Shown: positions 25,916-39,557, numbered from the whole stretch's first letter. The stretch: DNA of 63,948 nt, filler included, from Lama guanicoe (GCA_013239625.1; 80 parts of 78 records of this genome joined end to end with filler, not necessarily neighbours in it), one strand, 5' to 3'. Program-made: numbers and translations. Notes: generated by a model not told the origin, from the letters alone.

Positions 25916-26048
25916 ATGGCACATATTTCTTCAGAAATTCAAGATGTGTCTTGTAAAGATGGAATAACTGGTTCAGGAAACTCTGGTAGATCTCTATCAT
26001 GTGATCAAACATTCTCTGGGGACTTGGACGTGAGGTCTATGTTTGAAG
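25916..26048 (+). CDS. HSFY: Heat shock transcription factor Y-linked, N-terminal 44 codons (truncated by scaffold end)
   Basis: MAHISSEIQDVSCKDGITGSGNSGRSLSCDQTFSGDLDVRSMFE aligns without gaps to the recalled human HSFY start MAHVSSETQDVSPKDELTASEASTRSPLCEHTFPGDSDLRSMIE; intact versus pseudogene cannot be decided. Confidence 0.85.
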
Positions 26049-26685
26049 NNNNNNNNNNNNNNNNNNNNNNNNNNNNNNNNNNNNNNNNNNNNTTAATTAA
26101 TTAANNNNNNNNNNNNNNNNNNNNNNNNNNNNNNNNNNNNNNNNNNNNAAGGCTGAGTTTCTTATGCGTGGGACTATATATCAATCTTCTTATTTCTGGA
26201 AGTCCTTCACAGCAAATACCCTAGGTATATATTTGCTTCATAAATCTATCCACAACTATTCCCCGCTCCATGTTATAAGAAACCAAGACCCAAGTTAAGC
26301 TACCTGAAAACACCTATGTGGAAGTGAGAAATGATAACCTTGGGTGGGGCTTTGTGCAGATGATACTGAGAACTCATTCAGAATGGCTTCTTCTTAATTT
26401 CTTTTAAAAAACCCTTTCAGTGTATTTAGTCAGATACATTAAGAACATGCCCTTCTGATGTGCGGAGTAGCTAAGACTATAATTTTCAAATAAATTCTAG
26501 TGAGAGTGTTGTACTTGAAACCTAATTTGCATCAATCTTTGAAGATTTATGTTTCAGGAGCTTTGACTAAAGAACACCTGTCTTTATTAACAACTAAGTG
26601 CTCAAGCAACATGTAAGAGTTTGAGCAAACTGCCCCCGCCCCGTAGTGCTGGGTGGCTGCAGCTGTAACTGCAGTCAGCGCTTAC

Positions 26686-26746
26686 CTCTCCCAGTACGCT
26701 TGTGCTGATCTGCTCAAAGTGGTTCGTCCAACAGTTTGTCAGTAGT
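26686..26746 (-). CDS. Candidate 61-nt internal exon of an unidentified gene
   Basis: Acceptor TTTGTCCAACAG and donor GAG|GTAAGC; open frame LLTNCWTNHFEQISTSVLGE; protein not recognised. Confidence 0.25.
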
Positions 26747-27527
26747 CTGTTGGACAAAGTCATAAAACATTGATTGAAGGTTGCTGGAATGCAATATATT
26801 CTTATTAATATGAATAAGCACATATTCAGTGCTTACTGTATGCTGGAATTGTCCCTCATCCTCACATGAATATTATTTCTCTTAAAACCTCANNNNNNNN
26901 NNNNNNNNNNNNNNNNNNNNNNNNNNNNNNNNNNNNTTAATTAATTAANNNNNNNNNNNNNNNNNNNNNNNNNNNNNNNNNNNNNNNNNNNNAGACCCAG
27001 AGCCCAAGCCAAACATGACAGGGGTCACGTGGGGTTGTAACTCCATGCTCAGTGGTCGGGGCCTCCTTGCAAATCTGCAGAAATCCCTGTCCCGCCTCAT
27101 TCCTGGGAGAAACCCCAGATCTCCTCCTGCTCTGTCTGTTCTTCTCTTGAGGCTATTGTCCTAGAGGGATGCAGAGTCCTTGAACCTGGCCCTCCAAACG
27201 TACATAAGCAGCCTGTTCAATAAAATAAATTATGCACTTTTATTGCCAGTTTTTTGATTCCAGAAAGGCTGCGGGACTCTTTCTCACTGTCTCCTGTGCC
27301 CCCATCATTTGGTGGCCCTCTGCTCATGGAAATACGATTTCCCAAAACTGCACCCTGCCTCCCAGCTTGTCAGAGGGAAGTGACCCACAAAGACACAGGT
27401 GTTTGTGAGGATCCTTTCCCCCAGCAGNNNNNNNNNNNNNNNNNNNNNNNNNNNNNNNNNNNNNNNNNNNNTTAATTAATTAANNNNNNNNNNNNNNNNN
27501 NNNNNNNNNNNNNNNNNNNNNNNNNNN

Positions 27528-28039
27528 CCTTTAGTATTTTGATTAGAATGTTTAATTCATTTACATTTATGTAATTTCTTACCAGGTTGAAGTTACCTCT
27601 GCTATCTGCTTTCTATATGTCTTTTACTTTTCCCATTTTCCTTATTACTACACTTTTTTATACAAAGTAGGCATTTTCAAGTGTGCCATTTTAATTTGTT
27701 GTTTATTTTATCTTTTTCTCCTCCTCCTCCTCCATTGCCCTGGAGATTATAATTAACATCTTGTTTTAAAGCAATCGAGTTCACATGAATGCCAANNNNN
27801 NNNNNNNNNNNNNNNNNNNNNNNNNNNNNNTTTTCCCTCCCCCTCCTCATGCTGTCACTGTCATACAAATTACACCTTTATATATTTATAAGCACATCTA
27901 CACAGTTTCATAAGTATTGTTTTATGCAGTTGTCCTTTACATCAAATAGAAAAAAACATTTACATGTAATACTCTATTTATATTGTTTTATTTTTTTACT
28001 CATGTATTAGTGCTTTTTATTTTTCAGGCGAGTGTCCTT
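27528..28039 (-). mobile_element. Old L1M internal fragment
   Basis: TTTAATTCATTTACATTTA and GTCATACAAATTACAC motifs typical of the antisense L1M ORF1/ORF2 junction region. Confidence 0.45.
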
Positions 28040-28139
28040 NNNNNNNNNNNNNNNNNNNNNNNNNNNNNNNNNNNNNNNNNNNNTTAATTAATTAANNNNN
28101 NNNNNNNNNNNNNNNNNNNNNNNNNNNNNNNNNNNNNNN

Positions 28140-28720
28140 CATAGAAGCACTATTTACAATAGCCAAGACATGGAAACAGCCTAAATATGCATCAACAGAT
28201 GACTGGATGAAGAAGTTGTGCTACATTTATACAATGGAATACTATTCAGCCATGAAAAAGGTAACACCATTTATAGCAACATGGATGGATCTGGAGATGG
28301 ACATACTAAGTGAAGTAAGCCAGAAAGAGAAAAAATACACCATATTATCACTTATCTGTGGAATCTTTAAAAAAAATGACACTAATGAACTTTTTATAAA
28401 ACAGATTAATTCACAGACATCAAAAACCACCATACCTTTACCAGAGGGGCAAGGGGGTGGAATGAGATAAATTGGGAGTCTAAATACTAAATACTAATAC
28501 TGAAACTACTAGTGCAGATACTAAATAATAAACATAAAATAGGTAAACCGCAAGGACCTACTGTACAGCTCAGGGAACTGTACTCAGTATCTTGTAGTAA
28601 CCGGTAAACGAAGAGAATACAAAAAGAAATACATGCATGTTCATGGAGGATTGAAACACTATGCTGTACACTAGGAACTGACACAGCAGTGTAAACTGAC
28701 TACACTTGAATTTAAAACAA
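28140..28720 (+). mobile_element. LINE-1 3' end with 3'UTR
   Basis: WMKKLCYIYTMEYYSAMKK..FIATWMDLE..ILSEVSQ, then artiodactyl-type 3'UTR ending GTAAACTGACTACACTTGAATTTAAAA. Confidence 0.93.
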
Positions 28721-29429
28721 AGATCAATGGGCTCCCACAACATGACCAAGAGGAAAAATGGCTAAAACACATCATATCCATAATAGCCAACAAATTCATC
28801 ATCATGATAATAGACAAAACAAAGGTTCTTGGTCACCTTTGTAAGTACCAGGGCACCAGTTCATCATTCTGAAAACTGGGAACTCAAAGCAAGCAAGCAA
28901 ACAAAAAATAGCCATCTCTTCTGTCTTTCCTTTATGAACTACATTATAGTGACCAGACTTCTTAAGAAAGTTTNNNNNNNNNNNNNNNNNNNNNNNNNNN
29001 NNNNNNNNNNNNNNNNNTTAATTAATTAANNNNNNNNNNNNNNNNNNNNNNNNNNNNNNNNNNNNNNNNNNNNTGGGGGAGATGGATGAGGAAACCCTGA
29101 TCTCTACAGACCCTGAAACCCACGGTCTTTTCCCTTTCTGGCTGGGCTTTGGATGAAACGACAAGGTTTCAGCAGTGGATTTTCAAATTTTAGCCTAACA
29201 ACAGCTTTGTATGCAATGAGGACACAGGACTAAGAAATTCTGAAAAAAAATAAAATCGGAAGAAGCTAGAATAGAATCAACTAAAATGCGGAATAAAATA
29301 GGGCATTTGAATGAAACCCAGGACTTCCAATTCAGGTCTGCAACCATCAAGCCGAAAACTGAGACACAGGCTTCTTCCTGGCTGATCAGGGACATCACAG
29401 ACGCTCACACAGACCATTTACTCACAGGG

Positions 29430-29681
29430 ACAGACAATCGGCTGGTTACAGGACGTGCGGTGTGAAGCCCCTTGCGGTGTAAGGCAAAGGGGGCGCAGCC
29501 TCTGCCCTTTACCCCCCCCCCCTCCAGACCCAGGGTGACCCGACGAGGGGGTGGCACTGTCGCTGTCTCTGCGCCTTGGGCGGCCGGGCCGGGGCCGCCG
29601 ATTTCCGGCGACGGGCACAGTCGCCCTGGTCAAGCGGGGACGCCCCGGGCTGGGTGCCCCCCACCTGCTCGCTGCCTGAAC
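29430..29681. promoter_or_regulatory. CpG-island-like fragment
   Basis: High GC content and many CpGs. Confidence 0.35.
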
Positions 29682-30622
29682 NNNNNNNNNNNNNNNNNNN
29701 NNNNNNNNNNNNNNNNNNNNNNNNNTTAATTAATTAANNNNNNNNNNNNNNNNNNNNNNNNNNNNNNNNNNNNNNNNNNNNTCTCAGACCTGGTTCTGGT
29801 AGAATTTGCCTATATCTCTTGCCCGGTTCCTGGGACCTCATTCTCTCCAGCACCCCTTTCCTGCCAAGTCACTGTCATTCTGAAATCTTTCTCAAACACA
29901 TAGGACTGTCCCTGGCCCAGAGCTGACCTGGGACACCAGGGTAGAGCAACTAGGGCCTGCCCCAAGAGCTGTCGGCAGAGGCAGAACAGGGCAGCTTCTT
30001 AATGCCTCCACACAGGCCAGGTGCACTTGGCAAGGCAGGATTCTGACTCAGACACTGATGCTCATGTGTGACCAAGGTCTGACATGGAGCAGGGCAGAAG
30101 GGGGGCAGTTTTCTCATTAGTTCACGGACTCCATCCACCCGCCATGCCCGTGGGTCACTGAGGGTGACTGATGGAAGGGGCCTCTGGGGACCCAGGGAAT
30201 CCCTGGGGCCCAATGCAGGTCAGCTGTAGGGGTGAGTATCTGGAATCACTGAGCTTACAGACAGCCCCTTTTACTCCCCAAGACCCGGGGCTGTCCCAGT
30301 GGTAACCATAGCTTCTGGGCCTTGAGAAATGTGTGTGAGGAGACGACCTGCCCAGCCCACAAGGTGTGATGATCCTGGGCCTGAGGCTGGAGTGGGCCAG
30401 GCACTACAGTGAGGAGAAAAATGGACTGGGTCAGGGGCTCCCCTGTACCCTCCATGATGGCTGCTACATCGCACACAACCTGTTACTATTCAGTACCGGG
30501 CCCATCTCCAAGGCCAGGAACCNNNNNNNNNNNNNNNNNNNNNNNNNNNNNNNNNNNNNNNNNNNNTTAATTAATTAANNNNNNNNNNNNNNNNNNNNNN
30601 NNNNNNNNNNNNNNNNNNNNNN

Positions 30623-31092
30623 CTACTGGACCTGGGCATTCCAGCGCAGATCCCTAGCATTCACTGGTAGCAAGAACTTAGCAAAACCCTCAGGGGATTC
30701 GAGCTGAGTAAATCCGTTAGAACTCACGCGCTGCCGACCGTTGGTGGAACCCCCCGACTCTCAGGATTCCGGAAAAATTGTCAGTGCGTGGGGGATCCCG
30801 AGAGACAACTCCACGCAGCTCTTTCAGTCACAGGTGTTCCCTATACGGGGGAAGTCAGAGAAGTACATAAACCTTGGGGTGGCAGACGCTGACCCTGGGA
30901 ATTGCAGCGCAGATCACTAGCATTACCTTGCAGCCAGACATTAGGAAAACCCTCAGGGGAGACGAGCTTATGCAATCCATTAGAACCCATGCACTGCCGA
31001 TCGTTGGTGGAACCTTTCCAAGCTCAGGATTCGGGAACAATTGTCAGTGTGTGGGGGAGATCGAGAGACAACTCCACGCAGATCTCTTCTGT
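30623..31092 (+). repeat. ~267-bp satellite (family A variant)
   Basis: Two monomer types matching the reverse complement of 11490-11960. Confidence 0.92.
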
Positions 31093-31192
31093 NNNNNNNN
31101 NNNNNNNNNNNNNNNNNNNNNNNNNNNNNNNNNNNNTTAATTAATTAANNNNNNNNNNNNNNNNNNNNNNNNNNNNNNNNNNNNNNNNNNNN

Positions 31193-31842
31193 ATTTAGAA
31201 CACAGAATATAGAATATTTCATAGAGAATATGGAACCCAAATTTGGAACATGGAATGCAGAACACAGAATTTAGAATTTAGAATAAAGAATGTATAACAC
31301 AGAATATAGAATATAGAATACGGAATGCAGAATATAGACTGCAGATTATAGAATCTAGAACACAGAATTTAAAATATGTAAAACAGAATACAAAACCCAG
31401 AATTGAGGACATGGAATGCAGAACACAGAATTTAGAATATAGAATACAGAATACTGAATATAGAATTTAGAATATAGAATGTAGAACACAGAATTTAGAA
31501 TATAGTGTAAAGAATACAGAATATAGAATTAAGAATATNNNNNNNNNNNNNNNNNNNNNNNNNNNNNNNNNNNNNNNNNNNNNNNNNNNNNNNNNNNNNN
31601 NNNNNNNNNNNNNNNNNNNNNNNNNNNNNNNNNNNNNNNNNNNNNNNNNNNNNNNNNNNNNNNNNNNNNNNNNNNNNNNNNNNNNNNNNNNNNNNNNNNN
31701 NNNNNNNNNNNNNNNNNNNNNNNTATATAATGTACAGAATATAGAAATAAAAACACAGAATTCAGAAACCAGAATTTAGAAATCGGAATGCAAAGCACGG
31801 AATTTAAAATATAGAATACAGAATACTGAATATAAAATTTAG
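31193..31842 (+). repeat. 7-bp GAATATA-type satellite
   Basis: Heptamer array. Confidence 0.95.
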
Positions 31843-32580
31843 NNNNNNNNNNNNNNNNNNNNNNNNNNNNNNNNNNNNNNNNNNNNTTAATTAATTAANN
31901 NNNNNNNNNNNNNNNNNNNNNNNNNNNNNNNNNNNNNNNNNNTCTCTTTTATGTTCCCATTCACTGCTATGTGTTTTCAGCAGAAGTAAGGTTCAGCCCA
32001 TGAAGTCATCATTCCACTTGACTGGACATCTGTATTCTTTTATATATCTTTTCCCACTGAAAGTTACACCACGAGCATTTCCTATGTCATTTACTATAAT
32101 TCAAGAACTGTTTAAGATGGTTTCATAATAATCCATCTTATGATTGTGCTGTAATTTAGTAAGTCATTAGATTCTGGTAAGAAATTAGACTCCAATTTTA
32201 CAATTTTCCCTGCTCTTAAGAAATATTTTGTTGAACATCCTTGATGATAGCCTTTTTTCTTTCACTATATTTCTGATTATTTCCTTAATATAGATTATTA
32301 CAATTACAATTACTGGATCAGATTTAATGGACATTTTTTTACCATTCCTGATGCTTTTTTTACCAAAATGCTTTCTAGAAGGACAACTTATGAATTTAAA
32401 GGGTGGTTTGTCTCCTAAAATAGAATTGAATAATAAAAAATTTATGAGATTTNNNNNNNNNNNNNNNNNNNNNNNNNNNNNNNNNNNNNNNNNNNNTTAA
32501 TTAATTAANNNNNNNNNNNNNNNNNNNNNNNNNNNNNNNNNNNNNNNNNNNNACAGAATCTTGAGGATTATTGTAATAAT

Positions 32581-32740
32581 CCTCCTCCACCTCCTCCTCC
32601 TACACCTCCTCCTCCTCCTCTTCCGCCTCCTCCACCTTCTCAGCTTCCTCCACTTCCTCCACCTCCACCTCCTCCACATCCTCCTCCTCCTCCACATCCT
32701 CCTCCACATCCTCCTCCTCCTCCACCTCCTCCTACCCTCC
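32581..32740 (+). repeat. (CCT/CCA)n low-complexity tract
   Basis: Directly visible in sequence. Confidence 0.95.
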
Positions 32741-32932
<192 letters not shown>

Positions 32933-33341
32933 TCCTCCTCCTCCACTCCCTCCTCCTCCTCCACCCCCTCCTCTTCCACTTCCTCCTCCTCCTCCTCCAC
33001 CTCCTCCTCCACATTCTCCTCCTCCACATCCTCCTCCTCCACCTCCTCCTCCTCCTCCTCCTCCTCCTCCACCACCTCCTCCTCCTCCACCTCCTCCTCC
33101 CCCACATCATCCTCCTCCACATCCTCCTCCTCCACCTCCTCCACATCCTCCTCCTCCTCCACATCCTCCTCCTCCTCAACCACATTCTCCTCCTCCATAT
33201 CCTGCTCCTTCTCCACCTCCTCCTCCTCCACCTTCACCTCCTTCTCCTCCTCCTCCTCCACCTTCACCTCCTCCTCCTCCTCCACCTCCTCCTCCTCCTA
33301 CACCTCCTCCTCCTCCACCTCCTCTTCCTCCTCCACATTCC
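32933..33341 (+). repeat. (CCT/CCA)n low-complexity tract
   Basis: Directly visible; ~400 bp C-rich strand. Confidence 0.95.
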
Positions 33342-33493
33342 TATTTAGGTAGAGAAAGTAGTACTGCTCATCCTGGTCCTAGAAACCAGAAAANNNNNNN
33401 NNNNNNNNNNNNNNNNNNNNNNNNNNNNNNNNNNNNNTTAATTAATTAANNNNNNNNNNNNNNNNNNNNNNNNNNNNNNNNNNNNNNNNNNNN

Positions 33494-33742
<249 letters not shown>

Positions 33743-34259
33743 NNNNNNNNNNNNNNNNNNNNNNNNNNNNNNNNNNNNNNNNNNNNNNNNNNNNNNNNNN
33801 NNNNNNNNNNNNNNNNNNNNNNNNNNNNNNNNNNNNNNNNNNNNNNNNNNNNNNNNNNNNNNNNNNNNNNNNNNNNNNNNNNNNCTAGAAACCAGGAAAG
33901 AACTGAGCGTACTTTGAGATTCCATCGAAAGACTGCTTCTGGTTCTTTTCATTAGAGGCTAAATGCGGCACCACTGGTAAATCTACTTCCAGCTTGATTT
34001 ATCCAGTTAATTCTCCATAATTCAACACTTGAATTCATTTCAGGCTATATTGAAGACTGGCAGTAATTATTTTCTTTGTTAACAGTTGCATATGAAGTAG
34101 CTTTAATTAAATATTATATTGGAAATTAGACAGAATCTTGAGGATTATAGTAATAATCCNNNNNNNNNNNNNNNNNNNNNNNNNNNNNNNNNNNNNNNNN
34201 NNNTTAATTAATTAANNNNNNNNNNNNNNNNNNNNNNNNNNNNNNNNNNNNNNNNNNNN

Positions 34260-35030
34260 TAGAGAATAGAGAACCCAAAATTTAGAACATGGAATGCAGA
34301 ACACAGAACTTAAATAAAGAATACAAAATAGTGAAAAAAGAATTTAGAATTTAGAATGTAGAACACAGAATATAGAATATAGAATTCGAAATGCAGAATA
34401 TAGAATGTAGAATATAGAATGAAAAACCCAAAATTTTGTATATACAATTGAGAATATAGAACACAGAACTTAAACATGGAATGTAGAACACATATTATAA
34501 ATATAGAATACAGAATACTGAATATAGAATTTAGAATATAGAATGTAGAGCACANNNNNNNNNNNNNNNNNNNNNNNNNNNNNNNNNNNNNNNNNNNNNN
34601 NNNNNNNNNNNNNNNNNNNNNNNNNNNNNNNNNNNNNNNNNNNNNNNNNNNNNNNNNNNNNNNNNNNNNNNNNNNNNNNNNNNNNNNNNNNNNNNNNNNN
34701 NNNNNNNNNNNNNNNNNNNNNNNNNNNNNNNNNNNNNNNNNNNNNNNNNNNNNNNNNNNNNNNNNNNNNNNNNNNNNNNNNNNNNNNNNNNNNNNNNNNN
34801 NNNNNNNNNNNNNNNNNNNNNNNNNNNNNNNNNNNNNNNNNNNNNNNNNNNNNNNNNNNNNNNNNNNNNNNNNNNNNNNNNNNNNNNNNNNNNNNNNNNN
34901 NNNNNNNNNNNNNNNATAGAATATACAGAATATACAATACGGAAAAGAGAATACAGAATCCAGAATTTAGAGCATGGATTACAGAACACAGAATTTAGAA
35001 TAAACAATACAGAATACTGAATATAGAATT
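34260..35030 (+). repeat. 7-bp GAATATA-type satellite
   Basis: Heptamer array. Confidence 0.95.
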
Positions 35031-35130
35031 NNNNNNNNNNNNNNNNNNNNNNNNNNNNNNNNNNNNNNNNNNNNTTAATTAATTAANNNNNNNNNNNNNN
35101 NNNNNNNNNNNNNNNNNNNNNNNNNNNNNN

Positions 35131-36017
35131 ACCAGGCAAAGACACTACAGAAAAAGAAAATTATAGGCCAATATCACTGGTGAACATGGAAGCAAAAATC
35201 CTTACCGAAATATTAGCAAATAGAATCCAACAACACACAAAAAAGATTATACATCATGACCAAGTGAGGTTCATCCCAGGGACACAAGGGTGGTTCAACA
35301 TATGCAAATCAATCAATGTAATACATCACATCAACAAGAGAAATGACAAAAACCACATGATCATCTCAATAGATGCAGAAAAAGCATTTGATAAAATTCA
35401 ACACTGATTTATGATACCAAAGTGGGTATAGAGGGAACATATCTAAAACATCATAAAAGCTATATGAGACAAACCTACAGCCAGCATAGTACTCAATGGT
35501 GGAAAACTCAAAAACTTCCCACTAAAATCTAGGATAAGATAAGGATGCCCACTATCACCACTCCTATTCAACATAGTCTTGGAAGCCCTAGCCACAGCAA
35601 TCAGGCAAGAGAGAGAATAAAAGGGTTCCAAATTGGAAAAGGAGTGGTTAAAGTTTTACTATACACTGACGACAGTTACTATATATAGATAACCCTAAAA
35701 GGTCCACACAAATACTACTAGAGCAGATAAAAGAATTCAACAAGGTAGCAGGTTACAAGATTAACGTTCAAAAATCAGTTGCATTTTTCACACTAATGAT
35801 GAATCAACAGAAAAAGAAAGTAAAGAAACAATCCCCTTTAAAATAGCACCCAAAGAAATAAAATATCTAGGAATAAATCTAACCAAGGAGGTGAAAGAAT
35901 TCTACACAGAAAAAGAACCATTGATGAAGGAAACTAAGGAAGACTTTAAAAAAAATGGAAAGATATCTCATGCTCCTGGATTGGAAGAATCAGTATTGTT
36001 AAAATGGTCACACTGCC
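35131..36017 (+). mobile_element. LINE-1 ORF2 reverse transcriptase fragment, degraded
   Basis: [52 protein letters not shown] and YTDD (FADD equivalent). Confidence 0.96.
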
Positions 36018-36117
36018 NNNNNNNNNNNNNNNNNNNNNNNNNNNNNNNNNNNNNNNNNNNNTTAATTAATTAANNNNNNNNNNNNNNNNNNNNNNNNNNN
36101 NNNNNNNNNNNNNNNNN

Positions 36118-36899
36118 ATATGTGGGGAGGTAGAAGCTCCAACTCGGTTGTTCTGTGAAAACTGCAGGAACTTCAAATCGGCACTTGGAAACATTCTGAG
36201 AAACAAGAGTAAGTGTTTCTCCTGCAACCCGTTCCTTTTGTGCTGGATGAACGAACGTCTCTCCACATGCTCAGTTCTGAGAGATAAGTGTGTGTGGAAG
36301 CCGCCTTGACCTAGCTTGAAGAGAACACAAAGTTTCTTTTCAGTAGCAAACTCCACTCCATACATATATATGGGGAGGTACAAGCTCCAACTCGGTTTTA
36401 CAGTGAAAACGGCAGGCACTTCAAACCGGCCCTAGGAAACAGACTGAGAAACCAGATTAAGTGTTTTTCCTGCAACCCGTTACCTTTGTGCTGGTTGAAC
36501 GAACTTCTCTCCACATCCTCATTTCAAATAGAAAAGTGTATGTGAAAGCTGTCCTTCAACTAGCTTGAAGGGAACAAAAAGTTTTTTGAGTTTCAAACTC
36601 CACTACATACATATATATGGGGAGGTACTAGTTCAAACTCAGATTTATAGAGAAAATTGCAGGAACTTCAAACTGGCACTAGGAAACAGACTGAGAAACC
36701 AGAGTAAGTGTTTCTCCTGCTACCCGTTCCCTTGGTGCTGGATGAACGATCGTTTCTCCACATGCTCAGTTCTGAGAGATAAGTGTGTGGGAAAGTCGTC
36801 CTTTACCTAGCTTCATGATAACACAAAATTTCTTTTTATTTGCACACTGTACTATATAAATATATATGTGGAGGTACAAGCTCCAGGACGATTTTACAG
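36118..36899 (+). repeat. ~249-bp satellite (family B)
   Basis: Periods 248 and 247. Confidence 0.94.
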
Positions 36900-36999
36900 N
36901 NNNNNNNNNNNNNNNNNNNNNNNNNNNNNNNNNNNNNNNNNNNTTAATTAATTAANNNNNNNNNNNNNNNNNNNNNNNNNNNNNNNNNNNNNNNNNNNN

Positions 37000-37796
37000 T
37001 TGAAGGGAAGAAAAAGTTTCTTTTCTGTTGCCAACTCCACGTCATACATAGATATGGGGATGTACAACCTCCAACTACGTTTTACAGTGAAAAAGGCAGG
37101 CACTTCAAATCGGCACTAGGAAACAGACTGAGAAACGGGAATAAGTGTCTCTCCTGCAAACCGTTCCCTTTGTGCTGGATGAACGAACGTCTCTCCACAT
37201 GCTCAGTTCTGAGAGATAACTGTGTGTGAAAGCAGTCCTTCACCTAACTTGAAGGGAACACAAAGTTTCTTGTCAGTTGCATACTACAATCCATACATTT
37301 ATATGGGAAGGAACAAGCTCCAACGCTGTTTTACAGTGCTAACCCCAGGAACTTCAAACAGGCACTTGGAAACAGACTGAGAAAACAGAGTATCTGTTTC
37401 TCCTACAACCCGTTCCCTTTGTGCTGGATGAAAGAACGTCTCTCCGCACGCTCAGATCTGAATGATATCTGTGTGTGAAAGCCGTCCTTCACCTAGCTTG
37501 AATGGAACACAAAGTTTCTTGTCAGTTGCAAACTCCACTCCATACATACATATGGGGAGGAAAAATCTCCAACTATGGTTTTACAGTGCAAAACGCAGGA
37601 ACTTCAAACCGGCACTTGAAAACATACAGAGAAACCAGACTAAGTGTTTCTCCTGCAACCCGTTCCCTTTGTGCTGGATGAATAAACGTCTCTTCACATG
37701 GCACACATGGCCAGAGAGATACGTGTGTCTCAAAGCCGTCCTTCACCTAGCTTGAAGAGAACACAAAGTTCTTGTCACTTGCAAAGTCCACTCCAT
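37000..37796 (+). repeat. ~249-bp satellite (family B)
   Basis: GCTGGATGAA recurs with periods 249 and 250. Confidence 0.94.
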
Positions 37797-37896
37797 NNNN
37801 NNNNNNNNNNNNNNNNNNNNNNNNNNNNNNNNNNNNNNNNTTAATTAATTAANNNNNNNNNNNNNNNNNNNNNNNNNNNNNNNNNNNNNNNNNNNN

Positions 37897-38710
37897 TCTA
37901 TATTCTGTGTTCTACATTCTATATTCTAAATTATATATACAGTATTCTGTATTCTATACTCTAAATTCTGTGTTCTGCATTACATGTTCTAAATTCTGGA
38001 TTCTATATTCTCTATACTATCTTCGATATTTTGTGTTCTTCATTCTATATTCTACATACAATATTCTGCATTCCGTATTTTATATTCTATATTCTGTGTT
38101 GTATATTCNNNNNNNNNNNNNNNNGTATTCTGTATTCTATATTCTAAATTCTGTGTTCTGAGTTTAATGTTCTCAATTCTGGGTTCTCTATTCTCTATTC
38201 TCTATTCTATATACTGTGTTCTTTTTCTACATTTTAAATTGTATTTTCTGCATTCCGTAATCTATATTCTAAATTCTGTGTTCTACATTCTATATTCTAA
38301 ATTCTACGTTTTGCATTCCATTTTCTAAATTATTGTTTCTATATTCTCTATTCTATATTCTATATTCTGGGTTCTAGGTTCTATATCCTAAATTTTATTT
38401 TCAGTATTCTGTATTCTATTTTCTAAATTCTGTGTTCTGCATTCGATGTTGAAAATTCTGGCTTCTATATACTCTATTCTATATTCTATGTTCTGTGATC
38501 TTCATTCTATACTTTAAATTCAATTCTCTGCATTCCGTTCAGTATTCTGTATACTATATTATAAATTCTGTGTTCTACATGCCATATTCTGCTTTCCGTA
38601 CTCTATATTCTATTTTCTGTGTTTTACATACTATATTCTAAATTCTATATTCTGTATATTATATTCTATATTCTAAGTCCTGAGTTCTACATTCCTTGTT
38701 CTATATACTG
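37897..38710 (-). repeat. 7-bp GAATATA-type satellite
   Basis: Heptamer array. Confidence 0.95.
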
Positions 38711-38810
38711 NNNNNNNNNNNNNNNNNNNNNNNNNNNNNNNNNNNNNNNNNNNNTTAATTAATTAANNNNNNNNNNNNNNNNNNNNNNNNNNNNNNNNNN
38801 NNNNNNNNNN

Positions 38811-39557
38811 CCCAACAAGCTCGGAGAAGGACGGCTTTCACACACGCTTAACTCTCAAATGTGAGCATGTGAGAGACGTTCGTTCATCTAGCACTAAGGG
38901 AACAGGTTGCAGGAGAAACACTTACTCTGGTTTCTCAGTCTGTTTCCTAGTGCCGGTTTGAAGTTCCTGCAGTTTTCACTGTAAAACCGAGTTGGAGCTT
39001 GTACCTCCCCATATATATGTATGGAGTGGAGTCTGCAACTGAAGAGAAACTTTGTGTTCCCAACAAGCTAGGTGAAGGACGGCTTTCACACACGCTTAAC
39101 TCTCAAAACTGAGCATGTGGAGAGACGTTCGTTCATCTAGCACAAAGGGAACAGGTTGCAGGAGAACAAATACTCTAGTTTCTCAGTCTGTTTCCTAGTG
39201 ACGGTTTGAACTTCCTGCAGTTTTCACTGTAAATCCGATTTGGAGATTGTACCTCCCCTTATATATGTATGGATTGGAGTTTGCAACTCAAGACAAACTT
39301 TGTGTTCCCAACAAGCTCGGAGAAGGACGGCTTTCACACACGCTTAACTCTCAAAACTGAGCATGTGAGAGACGTTCATTTATCTAGCACAAATTGAACA
39401 GGTTGCAGGAGAAACACTTACTCTGGTTTCTCAGTATTCTCAGTCTCTAGTGCCGGTTTGAAGTTCCTGCAGTTTTCAATGTAAAACCGTGTTAGAGCTT
39501 GTACCTCACCATATATATGTATATATTATAGTCTGCAACTGAAGAGAAACTTTGTGT
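38811..39557 (-). repeat. ~249-bp satellite (family B)
   Basis: Three monomers in reverse orientation. Confidence 0.94.

Noticed and set aside
33955..33990. Faint resemblance to mitochondrial tRNA-Tyr (TAGATTTAC..AGT on the minus strand)
   Set aside because: Too short, and no cloverleaf could be built.
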